A model generated the notes under the pieces. The model was not told the origin of the DNA, did no database searches, and worked only from the letters and a program-made list of their open reading frames with translations. Below, piece after piece: positions 47,878 to 60,676 of a stretch of 64,000 nt of DNA. Origin of the DNA: Utricularia gibba (taxonomy: Eukaryota > Plantae > Magnoliophyta); assembly GCA_002189035.1 (NCBI GenBank), contig NEEC01000002.1:3844001-3908000 (forward strand), written 5' to 3'. Both the position numbers and the translations under genes were made by a program. The first letter of the stretch is position 1; each line of letters begins with the position of its first letter.

Positions 47878-49898
47878 TTACTTGTTCAGGGAGGAGTCTA
47901 TCACTCCCTGTTTCAGTTCTTGCACTTCACAAATTAAATCAAATATTTTCTTGTTCAACTCTTTGATCATTTCAGGGCAGCAGCATCCCTTGCTGATGTG
48001 CTTGGAGGTTGTAGGAGCAGGGGCATTTGTGTTGCCTTCTTCTGGGGTAGACTTTCCACACAAACCTGCCAAAGATCTAAAAACAAACCGACTCCCTTGG
48101 GCTTTAATTAGTCTTGCAACCTTCAGGAAATAAGCATCTAAAGGCACTGTTTTAGATTCAACATGAAAATATTCTAATTTAGAAAGTTTTTTAGGGCATA
48201 AAACATGAGCAAGATGCGTGATAATATTTCCAAAACTCAAATGTTGAAGTTTTGTACGCCTATAGTCTCTAGTCATTTGTTCACCAATCATGGCACCTAA
48301 GTTTAGAGAGCGTTTGTTCATAATACACCACATGACAAACAACTCACGCTTATAAAGGGAATTAAATCCTACTGTTCATCCAAAAAGAGTTGTGATGACA
48401 AGAATATGAACATAACGCATACCGGGTCAACAAATAAGTCAGCCTTAGTCCCTTTTGTTGGGTTTCTCGTAGACATCGTATGTCTCCAAAGCAGCGGAAT
48501 TTTAAAATTTTGAGAAACCCCCAACGCAGATCTTGGAATATGGTATACATCAGACTAAGGGATGCTGAAATATCTTTCAGATGACTCTGTTGTTCACCAA
48601 CCGCCAATAGGAGATGGCCTCTATGGTATGCACACGTGGAGCACTCCGTCGATAACCTTCTCAAGGCTCTTGAATGCTGGTCGAATTCCTCAGGTGCTAG
48701 TAGAGAAAAACGCCCCCTTGTGGATTAGTCTCAGAGAGCACGAAGACCCTTGGAGCATATCTCAAGATCTAAATATTTTGATAGATATATGGTAACATAT
48801 CAAAGCATATCTCCGTAAAGATCTTATCTTGTGGAGATATGTATATGTTCCAAATCTTATCTATATATGATCTTTTATTTTGAGTTTAATCAATATTAAT
48901 CTCAAAATAACTCTCAATTTAATTTATCCTCTTTACCAATTACATTCCATTAAGCCAATGAAAAAGAAAATTCAATCCTCATTAACCTAAAAGAAATAGC
49001 ATCAGGGTCTAGAACAGTTTCAGGAATTTCATACACAAAAAAGGAAGCAAATTCGTAGGAGAGTTTAATGTATGCAGGGAATTTCATTTCAAAAAAATTC
49101 ATGAAAGCTGTTCCTTCAAACAGGGAAGAAATTCTATCAGAAATTCCTAATTCTACCAAAATATCATGATCAACATGACGACAGGGTGTTACCTTTGCAC
49201 CCTTAACCTCACCGTACCGTTCAACTTGCATTTCGTATGTGAAGGTCAGGTATTTGGTGTTCAACATATCTGCATGATGCTTAAAATATGGTATCCCCTT
49301 GCGCGTCATTTGCCTCTGGAATTTCTCCTTTTCTTGTGCAAACTTCCCTGATTTCACATACAGAGGCACCAATTTAGGTAAAAATTTATTTCTTTTAATT
49401 GTACCTTCATTTTCCCTGTCTATTGTGTTTCTGAGTGATTGCTCCTCTGCTTCCTCAATTTCCTTGTTCTGATTCTCTTCATTTTCGCCCTCATTTCTGT
49501 CCATCATCTTCAGCAACTTGCCCTTCCTCTAGTTCCTCCACTTCATCTCCTGATTTTTCAGTATTTTCCTCTGGAGCAGGTGCTGCTGGTTCCTGGGGCG
49601 TGACATCCTCTTCTTCAGTGACAGGCTCGTCCAATGGTACTCTCTGCTTCTTTTTCCTGCCCTTCCCCTTCTTCTTCTTAGTCAAAACTTGTGGCTCTGT
49701 GGATAGTTCCTCCACTGGTGTTTTTCTTTTGTAGCTCCTCTGCATGTCTAGCAGTCTTTGTTGGAGGCTGACATTATCCACATTGTTGTTGTCCGAGGAT
49801 TCTCCTGTTTCAGCCGCCTGGAGAGTAACATCTACTTCCTGAAAATTTTCTATAGCAGCAACAGTAGGCGACTCGCCTTCTTCTAGGGCTGGAACCAT
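47878..49898 (-). pseudogene. Athila ORF2 (env-like position), interrupted
   Basis: Acidic and lysine-rich N-terminus (KKKKGKGRKKKQR), CRHVDHDILVELGI...AYIKLSYEFASFF...ISFRLM, then PGMRYVH...ELFVMWCIMNKRSLNLG after the 48456-48948 insert. Frameshift near 49500. Confidence 0.72.
48456..48948 (-). repeat. 3' half of an Angela-like LTR inside Athila ORF2
   Basis: Homologous to 38472-38851 and ~56140-56620. The LTR end (CCCAACA on -) is at 48456. No TSD. Confidence 0.8.
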
Positions 49899-52800
49899 AG
49901 TAATTTTTGCTTCAGCACCTCCAGCAACTTTGATTGCTCTGTTTGCATTTTCTTCCGGCTGGGTCTCTCCTTTGCGGCTTTTCTACCGCTGTAATTTCAC
50001 AGAAAAATCACAGAAGAAACGGTTGAAGTGAAGAATAAGGAAACTGCTCCCCATTTCTTTTCAAGCAGCAGGGGTTTTCCTATTATTTCCTTGGGTGCGA
50101 CTTCCCACTTCCCTCAACGGTCGAATTTTTGTGTAACTCCTCATGCTTAATTACCCTTGAGTCAAACATCCATCCTTACCTAGCAGCACAAAACATGGAA
50201 AAAAAAATCCTAAAAGAAAACATTAAAACAAAAATAAAAATGCATAAATTAAAAGAGTTGACCATGGGTTGCCTCCATAAGCGCCCTTGTTTAGAGTCTT
50301 GGACTCGACTTCTTGTGTGGCTACGTTTTTTGTTCATCCATCAGCTTGATAACCTCCAGATTTCCTGTGATCATGTTAGCATTTTCATAAAAAAATTTTA
50401 ATCTATGGCCATTTACCAAAAATCCCTTGTCTGAGTCTCCATCAAATATTTCCACAGCACCATTTGGAAAAATTTCTTTCACAACAAAAGGCCTTATCCA
50501 TCTTGATTTCAGCTTTCTAGGATGCAATTTCAACCTGGATTGAAATAATAAGATTTTCTGGCCAACCTCAAAATTTTTCCTGGAAATATGCGCGTCGTGA
50601 TAGCTCTTAATCCGAGCCTTGAATAGTTTTGAGCTCTCGTACGCATCATGTCTCAACTCCTCTAGTTCTTAAAGTTGAAGCTTCCGGTGACTTGCACTAA
50701 GGTCCCTATCCAAGTTCAACTTCTTCACAGCCCACCAAGCCTTGTGCTCAAGAGCTGCTGGTAATCTACAAGGCTTCCCATAGACCAACCGAAAGGGTGA
50801 GGTTCTAATGGCAGTCTTGTATGCTGTTCGTTTATCCCAAAGTGCATCTTTCAACCTCATGCTCCAGTCCTTCCTGCTTGGGTTCACAACTTTCTCTAGA
50901 ATTTGTTTGATTTCCCTGTTAGAGACTTCAGTTTGTCCATTGGTTTGTGGGTGGTACGCTGTAGAAGCCTTGTATCAAACATTAAAATGATTCAAAACAC
51001 TCCTTAAGGCCTGATTGTAGAAATGGGTTCCCCTATCACTGATCAGTGCCTTAGGAGTTCCATATCTCGTGAAGATGTTGCGCAAGAAATTAATCACAGT
51101 CTTTGCATCATCAGTCCGTGTAGGAATTGCCTCAATCCATTTGGACACATAATTAACCACAACTAAAATATAATTGTAACCTGCTGAAGTAGGAAATGGT
51201 CCAATAAAATCTATACCCCATACATCAAATACTTCACATACAAGAATTCCTTGCTGGGGCATTTCGTTTCGGTTTGATAAATTTCCTACCCTTTGGCATG
51301 GTTCACAACCTTTGCAATGAGTGTAACAATCTCTGAAAATGTGGCCAATAAAATCCGCAATCTAGAATTTTTCTTGCTGTTCTATTTGGTCCATGGTGGC
51401 CACCAAAAGGTCCTGCATGACAGGAATCAATTATTTTTGGAATTTCATTTTCATGAACACACCTTCTAATGACGCCATCATTGCATCTCTTCCATAAATA
51501 TGGATCATCCCGTATGTAGTATTTGGCATCACTCTTAAGCTTGTTCCTTGCATGATAGTCCATTCTAGGTGGCATCACCCCAGTTGAAACAAAATTTGCA
51601 AGATCAGCAAACCATGGCTCACGTATACTAGTCCGAACTGAGAATAGCTATTCATCCGGGAACGTTTCAGTGATGATTCCATCTCCTTCACTTCCTTCAA
51701 TTCTACTGAGATGATCAGCCACAAGGTTCTCCCTTCAGGGTCTGTCCTTGATCTCAACATCAAACTCTTGAACAAGAAGGACCCATCTAATAAGTCTTGG
51801 TTTGGAGTCCTTCTTCTCTATTAAGTGCTTCACCGCCGAATGATCAGTGTATACCACCACTTTGCTACCTAAAAGATAAGAACGAAATTTTTCCAATGCA
51901 AAAATAACAGCAAGAAATTCCCTTTCAGTGATGGTGTAATTTTTCTGGGCTTCATCCAAAGTTTTCGAAGCATAAGAGATAACATAGTGCTTTCCTTCAA
52001 TTTTCTGTCCAAAAACAGCACCCACAGCATGATTACTTGCATCACACATGATCTCAAAATCATAATTCCATCAGGTGGTTGCATAACAGGTGCAGTAGTA
52101 ACAGCCTTTTTCAAAGAATTAAAAGCATGCTTACATGAATCATCAAAATCAAGGCAACATCATTATGCAACAACCTACTAAGAGGCAAGGCAATTTTCAA
52201 AAAATTCTTAATAAACCTCCTATAAAAACCAACATGTCATAAAAATGATCTAATACCTTTCACATCAATAAGATAGGGAAGTTCAGACATAATCTCAATT
52301 TTTGCCTTATCTACCTCAATCCCTTTTTTAGAAATCACACTGCCTAAAACAATTCCATGATCCACCATAAAATGACATTTTTCAGAATTTAAAACCAGAT
52401 TTTTTTCAACACATTTCTTCAAAACCTGATCTAAATGGTCTAAGCATGACTCAAAATTTTCTCCATATACCGTAAAATCATCCATAAATATTTCAATAAA
52501 ATCATCACCAAAATTAGAGAAAATGCTAGTCATACACCTCTCAAATGTGGCTGGGGGGTTACACAATCGAAAGGCATTCTCCTATAAGCAAAAGTTTCAA
52601 ATGGGCATGTGAAGGTTGTCTTATCTTGGTCTTGCTCTGAAATTGGAACCTGATTATATCCAGAATATCCATCCAAAAAACAATAAAATGATTTTCCAGC
52701 CAATTTTTCCATAAAACTTGGGCAAAAAATTGATCATCGCCGGCTTCAACTCGTTTGCTCCATCCTCTGGAAATCTGATGCACAGACCCCTATAGGTATG

Positions 52801-53012
52801 ATCAGCAGCATCCAATTCGTTCAAGGTCTTCTTAGGTTCAGCCATTCTGAAATTTATGTTAGTCTGGGTGAGAGTTGCCTCAATTTGCTTGCTTCCCTAA
52901 CTCTTACTCTGTTCTTGCTGATAGCTCTATCAATTTCTGGAAGGAAAGTGAGATTACCTACACCAGAAGAACGTAAATACATCAACTAAAACACAAAACA
53001 ATTAAACACCGC

Positions 53013-53030
53013 TCCTCGGCAATGGCGCCA
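53013..53030 (-). other. Primer binding site, tRNA-Asp(GUC)
   Basis: TCCTCGGCAATGGCGCCA, 3 nt from the LTR edge. Confidence 0.8.
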
Positions 53031-53033
53031 ATT

Positions 53034-54432
53034 TGATAAACGGAAATTTCCTAATATCGTTGCAAATAAAAATAGAAAATTCGTATAAAATAAATTTATA
53101 CTCCCTAATCTACACAAAATACAAATTTAGAAAACTTGTATAGTGGATGTCGGGGTCAATCACGAAGAGCTTGTGCTTGCTAAGTGTTCTAGTAAATGCA
53201 TAATTATGGACAACAGGAAGTCTTGGTCTAAGCTCGGACTAACAGTGGCAAACAAGTTCAGTAAACAAGGTAGGTAAGCAATATCGGGTTTCAATGCTAA
53301 AGAGACAGGTACTGGTTTTGACTCTGACTAATACGAGGACGCCTTAAGGATCCGCAGGTGGTGTCATACTAAGGTTCCTAACTTAATTTGCTATCTTCCT
53401 ACACTCACAAATTTGAATAACCTAGGTCTACCCAGGTCATTCATCATATTTTTGGCTTAAACTAGTCCCCAATATCATAACCAACATTGCAATTAGGTCT
53501 ACTTGCATGCAAGGTATAACCCGGTTCTACTGGTTCTACCCTGGACTAACACCGATTGCTCCCGTCTTGGTTTGTTGGTCTACCTCTAAACCAAGCTTCT
53601 AAGTTGTGAAACTACTTGTTTCCCTCCTTAGGTCTACCCATGGTTTGTTAGAAAAAGGAGTTAAGGAATACACATAAATTTCATCATTAAACCTAAGCAC
53701 ACACCACACCACTTCACCTTAAGGCATCCCTAAGACTCTAGCCACTCATGCTTGGGAAATAAAACACGATTTCATTCATGTAAGTTGGCCAAAATGGCAG
53801 AAACATTGTAAATAAGTAAAACGCAGAAACTTGAAATGTTCAGAAAACAGAAAGTAAATAGGATTGTTCTCCCGCCCGTTAGCTACCGTTCACAGCCCGG
53901 AACAGTAGCGCTAGATTGGGCTACGGTGCTGTTCTTGATGATGGAGGCCTCCCTTCCCCCTTCTGGTTGGTGTTTTTCCTGTTGAGGAAGAAGACCTCCT
54001 TGCCTCCCCCTCACTGTTCGCTTCTTCGCGCTCTCCTTCATTTTCGAAATAATTTTCCCTTTTGCTTCACTCCATTGCACTGTTCCTGATTGCCAGTACT
54101 GTTTCTGACCGCTAGTACTGCTCCTGGCCTGAACTTGCAGACTACAGTGGCAGCAGAACAATGCTCTTTGTCCTTCGCCAGATTTTGCACCCTTTTTCGC
54201 TTGTTTTATACGCTTGCAAGTCTGATTTTCGGCCCATCTCCCTGATGAACTTACTGAAACATCAGTAACAAGAGTTGTGGACTAAATCAAAGGATTTAGT
54301 CCACTTTTCACATAATCACATGAGATTAACATGAACACCACTAAAACATGAAAAACCACATTTATCTAACCTACACCATAATAAAATATAACTATTTTGC
54401 ATTATAAATTTCAGGAAAAATGTGTGTCATCA
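53034..54432 (-). repeat. Athila family X LTR, copy 2 (5' LTR, ~1.4 kb)
   Basis: TG...CA termini, adjacent PBS, and homology to the copies at 16556 and 60937. Confidence 0.9.
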
Positions 54433-55049
54433 AGAATCCTAAAGAGAAATCGTGAACCAAAATGAGAAAGTACCCAGCATGACAAATGAGGAGTGTGATA
54501 AGGTCCCCACAATTCACAATAACCCAAAGTAAATAGATGCCACTACATAAGTAGAAGAAACATGATAATGGTTTTGAGTTTACTTAGAATAGCAACATAC
54601 ATCACAAAGAGCAAAATGATCAATGTGAATTTTATTAGGAAATAAAATTCCAAAACATGGAAAGAACACCGTAGCTTAGATGTCCAAGTCCTTTGTACCA
54701 CAAATTCTAGTGACTCTTGATCCAGCTAAGCACACAATCAAGGTTTTCAATAAAGAAAATTAGAAAACATGAACATAATCAAAGATAAGATGGTGAAGTG
54801 ATGCCGAATTGCAATGGAAGTTGAGAACAAATATCACATTATGCAAAATAAAATTACTGCCAACAATAACCATCCCAACTTTTTAGGCACATTCTTTGAC
54901 TATGTTTGGCATAATGATAGCAGAAGAATTACTATACAAGCAATCAATCAAAATTCCATGAATCTAAAATAGCTCATTCAGATCATCCCAAAGATGTTTC
55001 AAGAAATTTGTGGCAACTTAACAACCTTAATTAGAGGTAGACCAAAGAT

Positions 55050-55429
55050 TAAAGAGAAAACAAGAATCCGGAGAGACCTAGATCTTGTGTGTTAGTTGTT
55101 TGATTTATGGTTTGTGTGAGCTTGTTTTGTGGTAAGCATACATCTCCTAGGAGTACCAAGGCATCACCCATTTCATATTAGAAACCACCGAGTCCAAAGC
55201 TTGTTACTTTTCTTTACTGCATTCTATCCTTAGTTCTAGTTAAGATCAATTCTACCAGCGTGACACTAATTTCATACATTGACTTTCACATAGCAAGCAC
55301 TTGCTCTTTGTGTTCGACACTAATCACGATGCTCATAATTGTTTTTTGCTTGAATGTGTATTAGGTTATAAATTTATTTGATAGGAGAAATTTGCATTAA
55401 ACGACATTGGATAATTTTTCGTTTATCAG
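55050..55429 (+). repeat. 3' end of a more distantly related Athila-type LTR in the opposite orientation
   Basis: Ends TATAAATTTATTT…TTTTTCGTTTATCA, similar to the family X LTR end, and shares AGCAAGCAC..GCTCTT. The left boundary is approximate. Confidence 0.55.
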
Positions 55430-55444
55430 TTCGCACAATTCATG

Positions 55445-56217
55445 TAATGAGATTACTACAGCCAATATATGGGTGTCGATCAGAGAATCGATTTACTAGA
55501 TGACTCGTCTTTGAGAAACTACAATGGAAAGTTAACCAAGTATCAGTAACAAGATCTCGAATATGATAGTGGTGTAAATAAGTTTAGACTTGAGATCAAC
55601 AAAGTTATCTTGATCTTAACCTTGCATTTTTTGTCATTGCTAATTGAGATCTAACCATGACTTGCCTAATACAGATGAGAAGAGATGCGATTCATTAAGG
55701 TTGGAGATAGTTGATTGATCAATAAAAGATTCACTACTTATGTTAGCTATGGAATATTATCTGAAATAATTCTATCAAGTAATAATTCGTGGGCCCAAGT
55801 TAATGACATTCTAAGAGTTTGACTAAGTCATTTAATATGAGCACTTAATATTATTATAAGTTCAATAGATTGGAAAGACATATACCCATGTTTTGGTATC
55901 CAATAAAATATAAATATGATGAAAGTATGGTGACTTTTTATAGAAGGGTTCAATCAGTTTACATAATTATTCTTACATCTTGAATATCATGATATGTTAC
56001 TATAGAGTCATGATATCATGAAAAGTTCATTAATAAATTCATTATTATACTCTTGATTGAAGAAGCCTATAGAGTCAACATAATAGTGAAGTCGTTTCTC
56101 GCTAAAAAATAAAATGATAAAACTATATGAGATGTAATTTCTAAATTGGCTAAATTAAGTAGATAGATATTTTGAAATTAATATTGATTAAATTCAAAAT
56201 AATAATCTGATTTGAGA

Positions 56218-56251
<34 letters not shown>

Positions 56252-56662
56252 ATGTGTGTGTGTGTGTTAGATTTCCATGAGATAAGATATTCATGAAGAT
56301 TTTATTCGATATATTACCAATATAAGATAATATGGAAGATTCGTTTTTCCAAAATTTTCATATCCTCATTCTTTGAAATTTATCTGATGAATAGTGATTC
56401 TATCTACTAGCATCTAAGATAATCAACCATCATTTTGTGGTCTTGAGAGGGTTATCTGTGGAATGCTTCATCTATAGATACCACAGAAGTTGTCTACTAT
56501 TAGCGGTTGATGAACAATGAAGTCCACTAAAAGATACTTTCAATATCGCTTAATGTGATGTATGTGGTATTCTAAGATCTACAATTTGGTTTTCTCGAAA
56601 ATTTTATAATTCCGCTGTTTTTGGTGTTTAATTTCCGTTACTGTGGATATGAAGTTTTTACA
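55445..56662 (+). repeat. Old Angela-like solo LTR
   Basis: Homologous to the fragments at 36.5 kb, 38.6 kb and 48.5-48.9 kb (e.g. AAGGTTGGAGATAGTTGATTGATCAATAAA). Boundaries are approximate and no TSD was found. Confidence 0.6.
56218..56266. repeat. Compound (TA)n(TG)n microsatellite
   Basis: Directly visible, inside the Angela-like LTR. Confidence 0.95.
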
Positions 56663-58699
56663 TTACGTGAGAATTTTAATAGGGAGTAAGTTATTTTGTG
56701 TTATTTCATAAAACTATTTTTGAGTTTCAAAAGTATGATTCTTTTTCATAAGGTTAGTAACCCGTGTTAGCTTTTAGATGGTATGTACAATATGCATCTT
56801 TATGTATTATATGGTAAAGGTAGGAAAGAATGGAGGAGGTATGGATGCATATTGTCAACAATGTGGTTGCACTGCAGGCACTATGGCTAATATGTCAGGT
56901 ATGTTTGAAGCACCATATATAAGTTGAAGGCCAAAAAGTATGAAAGTTATATAACAAAAGATATGATATGTTATGTATGATTTAAGTTTGTGGTTCTGTA
57001 GTAGGAGGTGGCTCTCTTGACAATAGAACCATGAATAAGGGCACTTTATATCTCACCTATCCGACTCTGATAGCAATGCTAAGGCTGAATGGCTACAAGA
57101 AGTAAGAAAAGATTGTTATGGGAATGACAATGTGCTTCAACCCTTTATATATATATATCTAGTAGTGTTGCTTGTTTCCTGCATTTGTATGAGTATGGTA
57201 TATGTATGTATAATATACTTTATGTTTTCAATCTATTTGATTATAAACTTATGAACTACGTTAGACAAACATACTTGGACAGAGTCTTATGTTTAATTTA
57301 CGTATGTATTTACCCATTTTAATGTTGATGGATCATGTTATGAAAGACACATTGAGTTCTAATTTTCAGTTAGGACTAGGTCGTCACGACTCATTTTTCC
57401 CAAGCCCTAAAAATGGGCCGTGACAAAGATTGTTCCATCTAAAAAACCAAATTTTTTCTTAGTTTTTACTCCTACACTAATCACTTTTGCTATCTCATCA
57501 TAGTTGTTGTCTTGTTGGTTAGAATTAGCCCGAGATGATTCTCAAATAGAAGTGTAAAAGGATTGTAGGAATTTTCAGTCATTATATATAGAAGGGATTT
57601 TTGTTATAAATGGTTGTGTTAAATGACTCCTAAGAGATATTTCTCATAGATTTATGTGAATGATTGTTTCATAAAATCATGGGCATCCAATTGTACAACC
57701 GTGTCCTTTAAAAATCAAAGATCAATGGTTAGCTCTGATATCTTATTCATTTATTGAACATGCAATAAATTATTTAGATTGATGTAATTGTTTCTCTAAT
57801 AATCAAGATGCATAAATGTAAAGAAAACACACATAAAACAACTTAAATGTAATATAAATTTCATATTCATTGTTATGCAATTTCAAAATTATAATATGAA
57901 AATTTGTTATATTTATGATGTTTTGGCCATAATCCCAACAAGCTAAGTGCTAACATGCTATCGTCTATGCCATTATTGAATGCATGATAATAGAAAGCGA
58001 GTTTCATACTCTATACATTTTTATTATTGAGGAATATTCATTTCAGGAATTTTAATGCATCTCTCTCTTCAAGTTTCCAAATCACACACTTGGGGTTTCA
58101 TGGGGTATGGGACCTATTTGGTAATACGTTGGTTCACTTGTCAAATCCCAAATGCATGATTCCATAACAGTGATAACTATAGGCATCACAACCACACTTT
58201 TTTCCATAGTCCACCTCTAAAAGAAGACACCATGAATGAACCTGGTATGATCAAAGAAGGTGGAGTGAGGAGATGTCCTACAATCAGAATCTTTTGAAAT
58301 AATAATAAAACGAATGAATTACTGTGGCTGCTTGACTAGGTGTTTGGTGAAGGTGCTTGTGCCATTGATATAGAAGATTGACGAAGGGAAGAAGGTTGGA
58401 ATGAGAATGAAGATTCAAAAATAATGATTCGGTGGAGCAAGTTAAGTGGGTATTTAAGGCAACACACTAGTTGTTAGTCGATCATTGAAATAGGGTTTAA
58501 TGGGGGTTCAATTGGTCGGTCTAATCTGGACTTTTCAAAGTGATATTGGACACTAGCATTGGGTCAGCCTAAGTATTCTTCCACTTCATACTTGTTGCAT
58601 CTCTAGCAAGAGCTCGTATACAAAGGCAAGGCGGAACCCTCCATGCTCAATCACAGATGCAACATAGTTCAACATGCTGCAAAGTGTCAGTTTTGTTTA

Positions 58700-59720
58700 T
58701 GGAACATTCCTTTATTTCAGCTTTGTATCTCAAATATACAATTGTTTCGGAGGTAAGAATTTTGTCTACAGGTCAGCCACTTGTTCATTAATGTGAATAT
58801 GTTTTGAGTTCAATTTCACCATTGGAGACAAATTCTCTTAGTGCATGATAGCAAACTTAAAAATGCTTGCTTCTCCCCAATTGAGTTGGATTTTCTCCTA
58901 GGGGAATGCAAATTTGTTATCAATCCATAGGGTTGTAGCATTGTTGATTGCTATATCAATATCTTCTAATATTTTCCGCAACATTGTTTATAGCTTCAAC
59001 TCCAGCAATGTATTCCACTTCTATGAACAAAAATGCAATAATATCTTATTTTGTAGAGGCCCACCTAAACGCTCAAGACATGAATGTGAACAGGTATCTA
59101 ATTGTGCCCTTTGAGTCCTGAATGCTTCCTTCATAATGTAAGTCAGAAAAACCTGTTAGATTCGTACATGTGCTTTTCTTGAAATCAAGTTCATTAATTG
59201 AATTGAGATACTTTATTTCTTGCTGTGCTGCATCCCTGTGTGTATTATGAGGCTTTCTCATATACCTAGAAAGATAGCTCACATAACGATAGATAACGTG
59301 TTTAGTAGCAAATATACACATAAGAGAACCAATCATACTACTGAATGTTTTCTCATTCATAGTGTCTCCTTCATTTACTGGATCACATTTAGTTGCTTGT
59401 ACACTAGTTGGCTTTACATTGCTCAGATTGTAATTCTTAATGATGTTCACCATATATTTCCTTTGGCTCGGGTAAATATACTCTGATGAAAGCTTGATCT
59501 CTAACTCAAGAAAGTAGCTCATTATTCCGAAATCAGTCATTTCAAATGTGGTCATAAGTTCCTTTTTTCTTGTTGCAGCAAGTGATTGTTATTGACTATG
59601 AAGAGTATGTCGTCTGCATACAATGACACTATGAGGTATGTGATAACTTTGTTTTCATTGTGTTTTTGTATGTACTTTCACGAGTGTTTCACGTGATTAT
59701 TGTTAAAATAGCGTCATTTA
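58700..59720 (-). pseudogene. Degenerate copia RT-RNase H fragment
   Basis: YLIVSLYADDILF, MTTFEMTDFGIMSYFL, LTGFSD and EQVADL*TK. Confidence 0.8.
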
Positions 59721-60670
59721 GAAATTAATGTGGCATGGCAAGTGTGGGTCGAATCCACACTGAATAGTTGTAACTTCGCAAAGTCCTTTATATTTACTAG
59801 AAATAAGGGGGTTTATGAGAGTTCAATTTCTACGTGCGTAAGATATAGAATAACAATAAATAACGTCAATGAGTTACAAGGTCAAGAGAGAGTGCATAAA
59901 GTGTAAGAAATGCTTGGAAAATATAAAAGAGGAGTGATATAATCAGTGATTATCTCAAGATCTAACTCTTGTGTCACTCAAGAGAGTTCTTAGGTTTAGA
60001 TCCAATTTTATCTCACCTTAGGGTTATGGAAAGTGGTTTGGGAATAGTTATCACACTAGACTTGGAAGAGAAGAGTTGAATAACTTGATATGAAATAAAC
60101 TATGGTAACATCCAATGAAAGTTTTCAGTCAACAAAAAGGTGCCAGAATCATAGAGCAAGCACATAAATGTAGAAACATGTCAAAGGCTGAAACAGTAAA
60201 TAAGAAAACAAAAATAGCTAAAACAATTAAACTAAAAATGAAAATAATGTTTCAGCCGGTTGCAAGAAGTTTTGGATCTGGAAAAACATGGAGTTCGGAT
60301 GATAGATCTGGTCTTCATTAGTAGATCTGAAAATGGTCGGAATAGTTACTAGAGAACCACTATTCTCCTCTCCTCTATCTCTTCTTTCCCTATTTTTTTG
60401 TTTATGCTCAAAAGAAGGGTATTTTCATCTTTTCCATGGGGTTCTACAACGGAAATATCTTCTCCATATTTTTTCTTTGCAGATGTCGATTGCTTTGACT
60501 AAAATCCACTTTTTGTCAGCTTTTCCGCCACCTTTTGACTTTTTAATTTGGACAATGCACTTCTAGTACTAAGTCTTACCTTGTTAAAATTTAAAACATA
60601 TATTAGAGAGAACCATGAATACAAATTTCTTTTGATGTATTGAATATGCTAAACTACGAGATTTCGAAAG
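59720..60670 (-). repeat. Probable old Athila-type LTR
   Basis: GGGTCGAATCCACAC motif and a layout like the LTR at 31591-32525. Termini not resolved. Confidence 0.4.
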
Positions 60671-60676
60671 ATTTTA

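Larger units (their letters stand above)
47878..54432 (-). mobile_element. Athila-like Ty3/gypsy element 2 (family X 5' LTR, PBS, deleted gag-pol, ORF2)
   Basis: 5' LTR at 53034-54432 and tRNA-Asp PBS at 53013-53030. The gag start is fused to RT (LPKFYG/KLAGKSFYCFLDGYSG). [25 protein letters not shown], and ORF2 at 49898-47878. Confidence 0.88.

Noticed and set aside
16556-54432. Copy 1 as the missing 3' LTR of Athila-2
   Set aside because: Flanks differ (GGTAG versus AGAAT), there is no PPT, the U3 differs, and copy 1 sits inside the copia.
56810-57140. GC-richer exon-like patches with GT/AG borders
   Set aside because: Short, with stops in most frames and no recognisable protein. Cannot be supported as a gene fragment.
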